Part shown: positions 36,396 to 50,006 of the stretch, one piece after another | How positions within the stretch are numbered: the first letter of the stretch is position 1 | Layout of the letters: every line of letters begins with the position of its first letter | Origin: Chara braunii | Taxonomy: Eukaryota > Plantae > Charophyceae | Direction: 5' to 3' | Length of the DNA stretch: 64,000 nucleotides | Assembly (NCBI GenBank): GCA_003427395.1 | Contig: BFEA01000035.1 | Location: forward strand, 2,073,224-2,137,223 | Translations under genes and position numbers: made by a program | Notes under the pieces: generated by a model | The model's input: the letters and a program-made list of their open reading frames with translations, nothing else | Told to the model about the DNA's origin: nothing | Databases searched by the model: none

Positions 36396-39300
36396 ATGGC
36401 GAGCTTGAAGAACGAAGCTAGAAGAAGGAAAGGAAGGGCATGTTCACAGACAATCTGGAATCAGGGTGCCATGGGCCATCACTCGACCAATTGGGGGCCC
36501 CGACATGGAAAGGAGAGGATGGACGGGGGGACCGTGGAAGAGGCCTCCTCATCCCACCTGCCCCTTACTGACCATACAGAGAACCCGCAGTCTCGGTCTT
36601 CCCCCTCCCCGACAGACCTGCTAAAAGAGATGAATAACCTTCAAACGAAAGAGAGAACCAGAAACAATTCCTCTCAGGGGTCCCCTCCTTCATGGGCCGA
36701 TAGCTCAAGAGAATGTACACAGGCCAAACTTTGTCCGTCAAAAGAGATGGGGAGGGGGAAACTGACTTGGAAATCCCACTGGATAATCTGACCACTGCGT
36801 CAGTTTTCTTCCTCGCAAAGTTTTTGGCTAGTCCATAAGATAAGATAATTAGCCAAGGGGGAAAATAACACAGGGTTAAAGCCCTCCAGAGTGGCATGAT
36901 AAAAGAAAGAGACGCAATATACACTCGTCATGCGAGCACGTGGGTTTTCTACGACGATGCGGCCTACAAATCCGCCAATGATAAGATAGGGTGGATCAAG
37001 AAAAGACTTGCGACCCTCGAAGGATCCGAAGAGGGCGCACGTGACTTCTTTCTGATCCAACCTACCTCATCAACGGTCTTCACGGTAATTTGTATGTTTG
37101 ACTCGGACAAGCGTATCATGGACACATGGCAGAGCATACTCTGTGGACGATCGAAGGTTCGGATCTTTCCCTGGTCTCCCCCGAAAAAACAAAGGTCAGA
37201 GGAAAAGCGGGACCAACTAATGATGAAACGCTATTGGGTGGAATTCCGGCATGTGCCCATCGAAATTCAAGGGGCTTTCATGCAGGAATTAGCCCAGAAG
37301 CTGCGTAGCACCATGTTCGCGTTCGGAGGCGAACGCGAACATGTTCGCCCGAACGCAAACAAGCGCCCAAAACCCTCCGAAGACGAACATAAATATATTT
37401 AAAAAAATAAATTCAGAAAAATCTGAAAACAATATATGTTATGTAAAATAGTAATACAAACAACTTTTGCCTTGGAGTCATGTTCAAATTCGTAGCCACT
37501 CATGAGTTAAAAAACAAAAACCGAAAACAAATATTATTATTATTATTTATTTTTACGAAAAAAAATTGCGGTCGCCCGAACATGTTCACGAGCTGTTCAC
37601 GTGAACGTCCAAACACGTTTGCGCGAACGTGAAGGGGCGCGAAAACGTTCGTCGTGCTACGCAGCGCAAAAGTATGAAATTGTTGATTTTATTTGCCCCT
37701 TCCCCTCCCATGTGGCTCCAAGGGATGACTATCTTATGGTGACCCTGGACCTACCGAAAGACCACCTTTTTACCATTGATGACATGATCCTCTTCTGAGT
37801 GGGAGGGAGAGATTTCAAAATCCACACTGCACATAAAACAAGGCTGTGGTGTTTTAAATGTCAGGCATACGGCCACCTCCCCGTGGAATCTGACTGCCCC
37901 CACCACCCGGCCAAAAAAATCAGATCCACAGGACGATTGCTACGCGACCCATTCAAAGACACATGGTGGAGAACTGTTGACGAAGGGCATGAAGGATGGG
38001 TATACGTGGATGAACCTAAAGAAGGAGGTGGGGTGAGAGGGTGGGAATGGGAGAAAGGGGAAGCAGTGGACTCGAATACCAAACCAACAAACCAATGGAT
38101 GCCCCCTAAATCGGTGGAAGTGCAGATGGACAGGGCCATCAACCCCCCACATCCTCCCCCCGAGGGAAAAGACGCACTAACCCATAAAAAACAGGGAACG
38201 TCAGACACAGCGGGATCTAGGCCCCATACAGAGCCCATGCCTCAGGATTTCGTCACCCCGTCAGATCTGGGAGATTTATGGCAAGCCCTGCCCCCCCCAA
38301 AAAAAACACACTCCAGCAAGCCTGGAATATTGCAAAACCAAAGCAAACAAATCCCCCCCAGAATGTTAGGCAACGAATTCCAGGCCATAGCAAGCACAAC
38401 AGAAACGGGGGATGACCACGTTGCCAAACAATTGTCAGGGGAAGCAGGACAGAACGTACAAACAGGACGGTAAGGGAGAGCAAATTACAAGGGGAACCGA
38501 AGAACCCTATGGGAAGCAAGGGTGAACGAACGATCAAGGAGGGGGTGGGAAGGGGAGGGGGAGATGTGGAGGAAAAGGGAAGGGGGGGAAAGAAACAACC
38601 AGACCCAAGGGCTGAGAGCCTTAGCACCCAACAAGTGACCAGGCAGCACACCTTAGGGGAGGTCGTAACTTTGGACCCTTCGCAAGGGCTGGAGGCCCTG
38701 AAAGAACCAACTCCAAACATGGACGCTTCCGAAAGATCTCTGGCCATGGAAGAGCCCCCCCTAATACAGACCCATTTGTTCAAGCTTTTGGACCCCAACC
38801 AATGGATTGGGAACCGTCGGAGGGCCCTGCAGATGAGGAAATGATGGACAGCACACCCGAAGCTTGGGGATCTCAAGGGGAAGTGGACGTCGAGACCAAG
38901 CTAAAGGGTCTGGCGGAGTGGTTAATTGCCCAACTTCAGGGGCTATATACAGGCCAAACTGAGTCATACAGACTTATACTGGGATGAGGTTTACGTATAA
39001 CTATTTACCCTGCTGGATGAGAGCCCCAGCATGAAACAAGCTTTGGGGCAAGACCCACACCAGGATACGAATTGGCAACAAGTATTGTACACTATACAAA
39101 ATTTGGAACATCGTGCACAAAAAATTACAGCCTCCACCAACGACAAGAGCACCAGATTCTTCATAGAGCTGCACAGATAAGCCCCCCCGTCACCCCCTTG
39201 ATCATACACAACTGGTCGCACGCACTGAACCAACCAAACAGGGAGAGAATAAGGCATCAGAGGCTCCAGAGGAAATGGGGCTCTCAAAGCGGTCAAAGAT

Positions 39301-39808
39301 GCGTCACCTCATAGAGAAGGGGTTGTATCACAAAGGCCTGCCGGAAGGGGACAAAGTGTTGGTTCTTCCAATCAGAAAGAAGATAGGGAAATGGGAATTA
39401 GGTTTGTCACCTGCTGAGTCAGAGGACCCATATGCCCCCGCCTATAGAGGAATGACATTACACGGTTGGCATATGCAGAGGGAAGGGACATTACGGGTTT
39501 ATGAGGTTATAAAATTTATTACAAGTCATTACGAACTAGGGGCAAAGACCACCATCAGCATATCATCAGAGAACCTGAAGATGGCCTACAAGGACCTCTA
39601 TGTATGGTTCGAAGAAAACAAAGAGGCAGGTCTACAGTGGCATACACATAACGCACTGCTAGATACCCAACAACTAAAAATAAAACCTAGTGATATCTGG
39701 TCAACTGAGGATCTGCTCATATGCATTTGTACTATACTAAGAAAAAATATTCTTAATAAGGGGGTAAACTGGGAGACACAAGACTGGTCACCGTTACAAA
39801 ACGGATAA
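36396..39808 (+). pseudogene. LINE-D ORF1 (RRM/DUF4283-like region, CCHC knuckle, disordered linker, conserved C-terminal domain)
   Basis: KVRIFPWSP...RYWVEFRHVPIE is typical of plant L1 ORF1; knuckle CFKCQAYGHLPVESDC at about 37849-37897. Confidence 0.8.
37301..37664. mobile_element. MITE with perfect 11-bp TIR and diverged 8-bp TSD
   Basis: TIR ctgcgtagcac/gtgctacgcag; TSD cccagaag vs cgcaaaag (6/8); aacatgtt subterminal motifs. Confidence 0.88.
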
Positions 39809-40452
39809 AGGAAGGGGGGTAAAGAGACCGACAAACTACGATGGACTGGGTAGAAGCAGTGTATGGTAAGAATAAAAAATGGAAACACACTCTCCAACAG
39901 GCAAACCTGGATGTCAGATCGATAAATGTAAATGGTTTAGCATCCCGCAACCCGAAAAAAAAGAATGCATTATTACAACCTGGAGAGCGCCGGGGTGACA
40001 ATATGGATCCCGCCCGAAGCACGGTTACAAGTGCTAAGCTGGAAAATGGATAAGGAGGACAGACGATGGGTCAAAGTACTGAGCATGTTGGAACTAGAAG
40101 TGGTGTGCATTATATCCTTGTATGCCCCCAACACGACCCGTGAGAGAAGGAATTTTTTCAAAAGAATCGAATCGGTCCCCATTCTAGATATCCCGATAAT
40201 CTTAGCAGGAGATTTCAATGTCGCACCGGATAGATGGCTGGACCGATGGAAAATCTACCCCACTACCTTACACAATGCAGAGGAGGATGAGCAGATGCTG
40301 AGAGACTTGTGCACCCCCCTCTCACTATTTGATACCTTTAGGCGCAGCTTCCTGTTTGAAAAAGCCTTCACATGTATTCAGAATAATGATCCCTCCAGAA
40401 TGTCTAAATCCCGGATTGATTTTATTTTGGCGTTAGAAATACTGGGAGGAGG

Positions 40453-41689
40453 CTACGAATCCCCCCCGGCATCGGCCAAGCGCGACAAAGTCTGTGACCT
40501 CGGTTAGGTCCATGACCCCGCGAACGCATGGCGGCCGCTAGGGAGGGGCACAAAAAAATTGATCGGTGGCATAGGGCGGCGCATCCCCAGCCCCACCCCC
40601 TAAAGCAAAAAAAAACAAAAACAAACAATATTTTGGGGGCGGGGGGTTGGNNNNNNNNNNNNNNNNNNNNNNNNNNNNNNNNNNNNNNNNNNNNNNNNNN
40701 NNNNNNNNNNNNNNNNNNNNNNNNNNNNNNNNNNNNNNNNNNNNNNNNNNNNNNNNNNNNNNNNNNNNNNNNNNNNNNNNNNNNNNNNNNNNNNNNNNNN
40801 NNNNNNNNNNNNNNNNNNNNNNNNNNNNNNNNNNNNNNNNNNNNNNNNNNNNNNNNNNNNNNNNNNNNNNNNNNNNNNNNNNNNNNNNNNNNNNNNNNNN
40901 NNNNNNNNNNNNNNNNNNNNNNNNNNNNNNNNNNNNNNNNNNNNNNNNNNNNNNNNNNNNNNNNNNNNNNNNNNNNNNNNNNNNNNNNNNNNNNNNNNNN
41001 NNNNNNNNNNNNNNNNNNNNNNNNNNNNNNNNNNNNNNNNNNNNNNNNNNNNNNNNNNNNNNNNNNNNNNNNNNNNNNNNNNNNNNNNNNNNNNNNNNNN
41101 NNNNNNNNNNNNNNNNNNNNNNNNNNNNNNNNNNNNNNNNNNNNNNNNNNNNNNNNNNNNNNNNNNNNNNNNNNNNNNNNNNNNNNNNNNNNNNNNNNNN
41201 NNNNNNNNNNNNNNNNNNNNNNNNNNNNNNNNNNNNNNNNNNNNNNNNNNNNNNNNNNNNNNNNNNNNNNNNNNNNNNNNNNNNNNNNNNNNNNNNNNNN
41301 NNNNNNNNNNNNNNNNNNNNNNNNNNNNNNNNNNNNNNNNNNNNNNNNNNNNNNNNNNNNAAAAGTGGAGAATACAAAGAACTGCCAACTAAAAATCCCC
41401 CCCCCCCAAAAAAACTTATTTTTTAATTTATTTTTCAATTTTTCTTCTCAACCTTTTATGTTTTTGATTTTTTATAATTCTTTAACATGTTCTTTTTCCA
41501 AAAAATAAAATATGGGGTTGCAGAGATTAAAAATCTCTACAACCCCTTTTTTTTTGGCTTATTAAATAAATTAGAAAAAATACAGTAAATTCACGTCCGC
41601 GGCGCGGACGAGGCCAGCCGCTGACGCGGCCATATATGTGGCCGCCCTCCGAGCTCGACCCCGCGGATGCATCCGCGGGTGTTTCGTGG
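40453..41689. mobile_element. MITE-like insertion in the APE domain (contains a gap), 8-bp TSD
   Basis: TSD ggaggagg at 40445-40452 and 41690-41697; ends ctacgaa/ttcgtgg; removal restores EILGGGLTVATILP...LDH. Confidence 0.82.
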
Positions 41690-43859
41690 GGAGGAGGGCT
41701 CACCGTCGCAACAATACTGCCAACCAGCCCATACCCAGGCTTGGACCACAGGATGTGTATGGACCACAGGATGTGTATGGCAGTTTGGACCTTTTGCGAA
41801 CGACCAGATGAGGGGGCAAGCTATTATAAACCTAATACCTCCCTACTGCAGTCCAAATCCTTCTAGAAATAGTTGCAACCGCAGCAGGCTTGGGATTTCT
41901 GGAGAGGTTACCGTCTTTGTCAGGACTCTAAAATCTCATGGTTCAACAACGGACTTCTTTTTATGGCAAAAAAGTGCAATGATTATTCCAAATATCTAGC
42001 TACACAGTGATACCAACAAGAAATCATGATAATGCAAAACCTCGTGGATGCAGAGCAGAAACAAAATTCGCAAGGAAAGGAATCATGGACCTCTGAAATA
42101 CAAAACCATATTCTGGAGTTGAAGTCCCAACTCTTTAAGCATGCACAGTATCAATGGTAGGGAGCCCAGACAAGGGCAAGGCTATCTAGATCTTCTATGG
42201 AAGGAACGATGAATTCTCATTTCTTCAGTCTAGCCAAAACACGTCTCAAAAGAACCACGATTGAGGCGCTCTATGAACCAGAAGCCAGAGAATCGGCCCC
42301 GACCGTGACCACGGCTCGTTGTACTATAATAACATATGATTTTTATAAAGATGTATTCTCCTCGCACGTGGACAAGTCGGGTGTGCCATACCACGATCGT
42401 CAATTGAAAGATTTATGGAACCGATTAATAAAACACTGACGCGTGAATCCCTAGAGGCTCCACTCTCTAAATATAAGATTTGGACCGCCCTCCTACAAAT
42501 GAAGGAGGAAAAAGCGCATAGAATTGACGGTTTTACTAAGGAATTTTGGGAAACTACGTGAAATTTTTAAAGCTAGGATGTTATAGAGTTCTATGAAGAA
42601 ATATGGCGCACAGGAGAGATGGGAGAAAGGGTGGGGCAAGGGATACAAACCCTCCTATACAAAAAAAAAGACAAAATGAATATTAGAAATTACCACCATA
42701 TCACACTTCTCACAATAATATACAAAATGTTGTCCAAAGCCTTGGCCAACAAAATGATTCCGGTAATGGAAGATATCATTCATCCTTTCCAAACCGGTTT
42801 CATGGAGAGTATAAATATACAAGAGAACAATTCAGAAGGTGCTCCAACTCACAAGACACTCCCGTCAAAATGCAGCTTTAGTATTCATTGATTTCAAAAA
42901 CGCTTACGACCATGTGGCCTGACTGTTCCTAGATAGATGTTTGGAAAAAATGAATTTTGAGCCAGATTTCATACGTTGGATATAAATCCTGCTCCAAAAT
43001 GCAACTACCTGTGTCCAAGTCAACGGATGCCTGACACCACCCTTACGTCTGCAACGGTCGGTCCGCCAGGGGGATCCTATCGCCCCGTTCCTCTTCTTGG
43101 TCATTATGGAGGCACTGGTTGCTAACCTTCGGGCTAATACGAACATCACCAGAATTTCGTATTACACACATCCCAGAGGACGCAACCCTTGTATGCTCCC
43201 TTTTTGAGGATGATCTCACACTTCTAGTAGAGGCTATGCATCGCAACATGGAGTAAATTCAACAGATGATGGAAACGTTTACCAAAGTCTCCGATATGAC
43301 AGTCAACTGGGGGAGTAAAACACAAGGATGGTGGATTCACTATCAAGTGGGTCGCCCCCCTGAGTCACCACGTACCGCATGGATGCCGTTAGACACCCGA
43401 GTAAGAGTTCTAGGGGTAATCATGACCTCAGAAGGACGTCCACCAACAAATGACGAGTGGATTAGCGCCTCGGCCCAGCAAAAACTAAATAACTGGAGGA
43501 ATAATCATACATCCCTTTTTGGCCTCGCCCAAGTAATCAACAATGTAATTTTCGCAACATTGTGGTACAAATCACTATTGTGGCCGCTGACCAAAGCATC
43601 CCTGAGGAGTCAAAGAAAAAAGAAAGTGTTTTTTTTATGGAGGGGGGACGATGAACAGAACAATGTGATAAGCCGAGTGGCGTGAGACTCAATTATCCAA
43701 CCTAAGGCAAGGGGAGGCTTGACGATAATTGACCCAGCCACACAGGTGCAGACATTGCGATTAAAGTGGATTAAAAAACTTATTTTCGCCCCCCAGTGCC
43801 CGTTGTGCATTTTAGCTTTGGAACACCTGGGGCGACTGGCCCCGGAAACCCCTAAAATG

Positions 43860-44309
43860 GAGATAAGGTTAACAACAGTTGTATTTTTCATCACCACTTC
43901 AGGATGCAGCCTGCCTAAACAGGTGGTTTTCAGGGTCCTTGGACCTTTCACCACTTCAGGCTCATTCAAGTTTGAAAATCATGAATGGTCCTAAAGTGGT
44001 GAAAGTTCTGAAAACGTTGAAAACCACCTGTTTAGGCAGGCTGCATCCTCAAGTGGTGAAGGGTGGTTTCATGGTCTTCGAACCTTTCACCACTTCAGGA
44101 CCATTCAGGATTTTCAGACTACCCAAAACTTTCACTTGACCACTTCAGGACACCTTTCACCACTTCAGGATGCAGCCTGCCTAAACAGGTGGTTTTCAGG
44201 GTTTTCGGACCTTTCACCACTTCAGAACCATTCAGGATTTTCAGACTGCCCAAAACTCTCACTTCATAATTTTCATTCTTGAATTTTCAGCTACCCGATA
44301 ACCGCTTGT
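43860..44309. repeat. Insertion of about 450 bp built from direct and inverted copies of a tcaccacttcagg...cctaaacaggtggttttca unit
   Basis: Direct copies at about 43890 and 44157, inverted copy at about 44018-44060; flanks ctaaaatg/cttaaatg resemble a TSD; removal rejoins LAPETPKM|IH. Confidence 0.7.
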
Positions 44310-46511
44310 GCTTAAATGATCCACTCGTTGACATGGCTGGAGGACCGTTTCTGGACGGTCCCACGTAAGTTCCCCCAAGTAAGAGAAGGGGCGGATGGCG
44401 GAGGCCAGGCGACGAACAATTTTTGGCTGTCTTTGTTGAACACCTGGCGTAGTCTCCCACTCCCGGACAGGGCCCACCCTGACCGCTGGGAGGAAGTTTA
44501 CCATCAACCCCTCTTTGGGAATCGATGGGTGATGGACTCAGGTCGCTGCGTCATGACAAGCTCATCCCGACCTTGGAAAAGTTGGGTTAAACGAGGTGTG
44601 CTCAGGGTTGGGGATCTCTGGGATAAGGACAGACAGGACTAGAAAACAGGGGATCAGATGCGGGAAACTCTGCGGTATTGCCATCATGTAGAGGAGTTTT
44701 TGAATCACTTAATTGAAGTCATCCCATTGACGTGGTACCAAATCCTTAGACAAGGCCCCACTATGAGAATAGACGATTGGGTGGCAAGTATGGATACCCC
44801 GCTGAGGATGGGCCAGAACATATGGTCTCACCCCAGACAGTCCTGGCCAAGCATTACACTATCACCAGGACAAACACCCTCCAAGGAAATAGAGATCCCT
44901 ATGAATGAAAATAAAAAACATCGATATACCGAGTGAGAGTTATGGACGAGAAGGGACAGAGGGTGGTGTTCTAGCCACTCAAACCAATCCAGGACCTGGC
45001 TCTGGATCTAGCAGAATGGACTTGGAAAGCCCCCGAGAGGAGGGGAGGCCCCAACGCTGGCCACATTAGCCTGTACCAGCTGTCGGTCAAATCAGTCTAC
45101 AAAATGCTTAGACCCAAAAGGCGTTTGAGGGATACAGTAAATGACTGATGGGCTAGGCACCTAAATGTGGACCGCTCCCTCCTCTCACCGATCCAATGGT
45201 TTAGGGAACAAAAGTCTAAGCCCATGAAGATCACTTCCCTGCAGTGGCAGATTACCCACCGATGTTTGCCAACAAATGATTGGTTGACAGACCGCACTAA
45301 TCTCGAACAAAGAGGCCTGCTACTTCCGTGGTGCCAAAGGTGCCAGAGTCTTTTTCCCTTCCATAAGAAGGCGGAGACCATCGAACATATTTTTATGCAA
45401 TGCTCAATCGCCCGATTCATTTGGCGATGGTGGGATCGCATTTGGAGGAAAATGGAACCGGGAATCCTTGGCCCTGGTCCTGGCAAGCCATACTGGCTGG
45501 CCATTGGCCGCTGGAAGGAGCAGCTACGACCTTTGTAGAAAATATGTATAGGTTTGGAAGGAGAGCGGTGATATGGGCACTTTGGTGGCAAAGATGCACC
45601 GTGGGCATGACGAAGGTGAGAGTGGAGGGTCCAAAAATCACAGAACAGATCCAGCAACAGGTGCATTTTGAACTCACACAAAGATGGTTGGACACAAAAG
45701 CACAGTTAGACCTCTTTAGACAAACCGAGGATGTTAGGAGATGGATCACAACATTCTGTACAGACTGGGTAGGAGGAGAAAGAGAAGGATGGATTGCAAA
45801 AGTGGAATGGAGCGGGGATAGAAGAGAGGGACAACAGGATTTGAAAGATATAAGGGATTACCGTTTAATTTTCAAAGATTGGACGAACATAGAACCCTCA
45901 TTCCCACTACGCCCTCCCTCGGATTTTTCAGACCCATTCCCTCCTCACGGCCTGTCCCTGGCAGAGATCCTGTCCTGAATGTTATAACTCCTAATCCGGT
46001 CTCCCCTACACCCGCATGCTTCTGAATGCATACATATATACTCAGACATATACACAACTATATGGAATTCCTCCCTGGTGCCCCCTGGGGTGGACTCCGC
46101 TAACGATACATCTATTTCTCTTTTTTACCCTATCGAGTCAACCCTGCTGGCGGCCTGATTTCTCAGAGCAGTATTTCAGGAATAATGAGACGCTGGACTC
46201 TGTTTCCAGCAGGTGCAGCTCAAAAAAGGGAAGCGGTCCCAAGTGGCCCCCTCCTTTTTCTCTTCATGGCACCCAGGCAGGTTATGGACGCCGGACCCGG
46301 TTTCCAGCTAGCACAGCTCCAATGAAGTGGAGGAAAAGGGAGGAACTAGTGTGCAGTGAAATATAGGGCGGCTGATTGAGGGTGAAGAGGTTCCCCCTTC
46401 CCTCCTCCCCACATCCTGCTCGGTCAATCCCCTGATCCCAGGGTAATCAATGCTGGCAGGAATACCCCACAATTGTTCTTCTGATGTGTTCCACTAACAC
46501 TGGTGGGGGTG

Positions 46512-46551
<40 letters not shown>

Positions 46552-46889
46552 GGTTGGCGAAGTAGGAGGAATTATCATTGGTCTTTTGCTGATGCACGTT
46601 TTCTTCTTCTTCTTCTTTCTCCCTCTCTTCTCTTAAGTTCATTAATTTCTTTTGCAATTGGACAGCATTGTACTTTCTCGTGAATTTGCACTTTGAAATT
46701 GACCAGGATCGTAACATGTCTGAAAAAAACACCCAGGATATGCGATTGGCCGGAGACCTCAGGAGGCGTTGGACTTGTTTTATCTGTGTGCTGGGCCCCG
46801 TGTGGCTTGCTCAAGGCGTCTTCGGTTACAGAATGGCGCGACTCATCCCAGCTTGTTGGCCACCCTCCCAGCTCCGAGGGACCATAGAC

Positions 46890-48621
46890 CCCAGCCAAAC
46901 GCCTACTCTTCAACCAGGACACCCCGTGGAAGGGGCTGGCCCTGGAACAAATTTCCCGTTCGGCGCAGCAGACAGCGGAGGGGAGCGACCCCCTGATGTG
47001 GCTAGAAAACAAGACATGACCCATCCCAAGAAGAGGTATGCAACACGGTCATCTCCCCCCAGACTCGCCCAGGCAAGCAACAAGGGCTGACCTGCGTAAT
47101 GACCCCTTTGGGCCCGACCTCTTGAAAACATGGAGAAGTGTGCCCCTACCGGATAGAACTCCTCCAGAGAGACGGGAAGAAGTGGCACGACAACCGCTTT
47201 TTGGGAACAGGTGGATAACAGATTTAAAGGGCCAAACCCTCCATTGTATGGACTCCCCATGGCAACGTTGGACCAGGCGGAGAGTAACAAGGATAAAGGA
47301 TATATGGGACAAAGCACAAAGAAGGATCGACCCGGGCCAGCTAAGAAAGAGACTTCGCTACTGCCACCGCCCGGAGGATGCCCTAGAAGCCATAATAGAA
47401 AAGATCCCCTTGGCATGGTGGAGGGTTCTGAGGAAAGCCCCACCCTTCAAGAACTGGATTGGGTGGCGTTGAGGGATCGACCACATCAGGTGGGCCGCAT
47501 AGTCCACTGCGAACCAGATGGCTCACTAAGAGTAAACCTCTTCCAATTAGTCTGGAACAACATCCTCCAAGGAACTTCTCCAGAAGAAACAATACTACAA
47601 CAGAAAGAGGATCTGTTCAGAATCAGAGTGCTCCACGAAAAAGAGCAATAGACCGCCTACTGCCCACCAAACCCCGATCCATCAACTCGGCCTGGCCCTC
47701 GTGGAATGGACATGGACAACTTCGGCGGGGATGGGCAGGAAAATCACCAGGACATTATACGGCCTTACAATTAAATCAACCTACAGGCTCCTCAGGCCGA
47801 GAATAAACCTTCGAGATCGAGTGGAGGCGCAATGGATGAACCACCTAAACATCGACAAGGGCAAGCTAAGAGATATAAAGTGGTTCAAAACGGTCAAGGA
47901 AAAATCGAGAAAATTTGCCTCGCTGCAATGGCAACTTGAGCACCGCTGCCTGCCGACAATGGACTGGCTGATAGAAAGGACAAATCTGGAACAAAGAGGG
48001 CAAGCCCTGCCCTGGTGTAGGCTTTGCACCGATGCATTCCCCTCCAGAAAACTGCCAGAAACAATTGAACACATATTCCTTCAGTGCCCCGGCGCGGTGT
48101 GGCTGTGGAGATGGTGGGACAGAATCTGGGATCAATTAGAAACCCAGATCCGGTGGCCGTGGAATTGGAAAGCCTTGCTATGCGAAACCCACCCTACGGA
48201 CCAACTAGACGACTTCATTAATAACATGTTTAAACGAGGTCGAAGGGCGGTGCTCTGGGCCCTATGGAGATGGCGCTGCACATATGAAATGGAAAGAGCA
48301 AGACTGGAAGGCCCAAACTTCACGGAAAGCATACAACAACAGATCCAAACAGAAATAAGAGAAAAATGGGAGAAAACCAGGAAGCAAATCCAGTTATTAC
48401 ACACACCCAAAGACATCCAACAAAAAATCCAGGATTTTAGCCTGAGCTGGCTCGGGGGGGACAATGGCGGGAGAATTGGGGAAATTGAATGGAAAGGCAG
48501 ACTAAAAGGTCTAGAGGAGGGACAAGGGAGGAGGGATTTAGTGAGGGACTACCGGCTCCTTTTTCACGAATGGACTAAGATCGATGCATCAATCCCCATG
48601 AGACCCAGCGATGACTTCCCC
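46890..48621 (+). pseudogene. LINE-E, 5'-truncated ORF2 C-terminal half; the end lies in a gap
   Basis: RQPLFGNRWI, QWQLEHRCLPT, CRLC...ETIEHIFLQCP, DYRLLFHEWTKIDASIPMRPSDDFP. Confidence 0.9.
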
Positions 48622-49294
48622 NNNNNNNNNNNNNNNNNNNNNNNNNNNNNNNNNNNNNNNNNNNNNNNNNNNNNNNNNNNNNNNNNNNNNNNNNNNNNNN
48701 NNNNNNNNNNNNNNNNNNNNNNNNNNNNNNNNNNNNNNNNNNNNNNNNNNNNNNNNNNNNNNNNNNNNNNNNNNNNNNNNNNNNNNNNNNNNNNNNNNNN
48801 NNNNNNNNNNNNNNNNNNNNNNNNNNNNNNNNNNNNNNNNNNNNNNNNNNNNNNNNNNNNNNNNNNNNNNNNNNNNNNNNNNNNNNNNNNNNNNNNNNNN
48901 NNNNNNNNNNNNNNNNNNNNNNNNNNNNNNNNNNNNNNNNNNNNNNNNNNNNNNNNNNNNNNNNNNNNNNNNNNNNNNNNNNNNNNNNNNNNNNNNNNNN
49001 NNNNNNNNNNNNNNNNNNNNNNNNNNNNNNNNNNNNNNNNNNNNNNNNNNNNNNNNNNNNNNNNNNNNNNNNNNNNNNNNNNNNNNNNNNNNNNNNNNNN
49101 NNNNNNNNNNNNNNNNNNNNNNNNNNNNNNNNNNNNNNNNNNNNNNNNNNNNNNNNNNNNNNNNNNNNNNNNNNNNNNNNNNNNNNNNNNNNNNNNNNNN
49201 NNNNNNNNNNNNNNNNNNNNNNNNNNNNNNNNNNNNNNNNNNNNNNNNNNNNNNNNNNNNNNNNNNNNNNNNNNNNNNNNNNNNNNNNNNNNNN

Positions 49295-49365
<71 letters not shown>

Positions 49366-50006
49366 CACACACATGATGTCTGATGTGCGAGTTGAAATGT
49401 GGTGGTACTGGTGGGCTGTTACCTGGTGCCCTACCGATAGTACCGAACCATGTCCAGTAGGTTGGACCAGCCTCGGGCCTGGTCCGGCCCACCGTACGTT
49501 GTCTGGTCCAGCCCCAGGCAAACCTGCTAGGTAAACTGCTCGGCTGAACAAACTTGGTGACCTGAAATTATTTTTCTCCCCAAACTCAGGCCAGAACAAA
49601 TCTGCTGACTGGGAGTTTTTTTTGCCATTAAAAACTTCCCATGAGCACTCAGTCGCACTCTCCCCTTCTTCTTTGGAAAAAAAAAAACATTACTAAAGTT
49701 GTGTGGTCTCCATTTCACAGGATCTAAGGGGCGGTCTGAGTAAGCCTTGACTGGTCTAGGACCCCGTCTCTCTTGCCATCCACCTAGTACTCTAATCACG
49801 GAGGTGTCTGGTGTACGGATTCCGCAATGGGACTCCCAATCCCTCACAATTTCAGAGATGATTTTTCTGTGCCGCAATTTGAAGGGCTTACCTAGGACCG
49901 CCCTTTTCCATTACCAGTCCTTGACAGCTACAGTCTTTACCCGAATAGAACGCCTGGTCATTATAGCTGTGTTTGGGGGCACTTTCAGTCTAGATATAGT
50001 GATAAT

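Larger units (their letters stand above)
39841..45978 (+). pseudogene. LINE-D ORF2 (APE, RT, zf-RVT)
   Basis: SINVNGL, SLYAPN, ILAGDFN, KSRIDFIL, LDH, IRNYHHITLL, SVRQGDP, FEDD, QWQITHRCLPT, CQRC...ETIEHIFMQC. Confidence 0.93.
34880..46548 (+). mobile_element. LINE-D: full-length L1-like element with three nested insertions
   Basis: C/T-rich repetitive leader at 34880-36350; ORF1 from 36396; APE from about 39900; RT at about 42480-43800; ORF2 stop at 45978; degenerate 3' motifs at 46187-46310; poly(A) at 46516-46548. Confidence 0.88.

Noticed and set aside
43890-44265. Recurring tcaccacttcagg units as a CRISPR array
   Set aside because: The intervening sequences are themselves repeated and inverted, spacing is irregular, there are no cas genes, and the context is eukaryotic.
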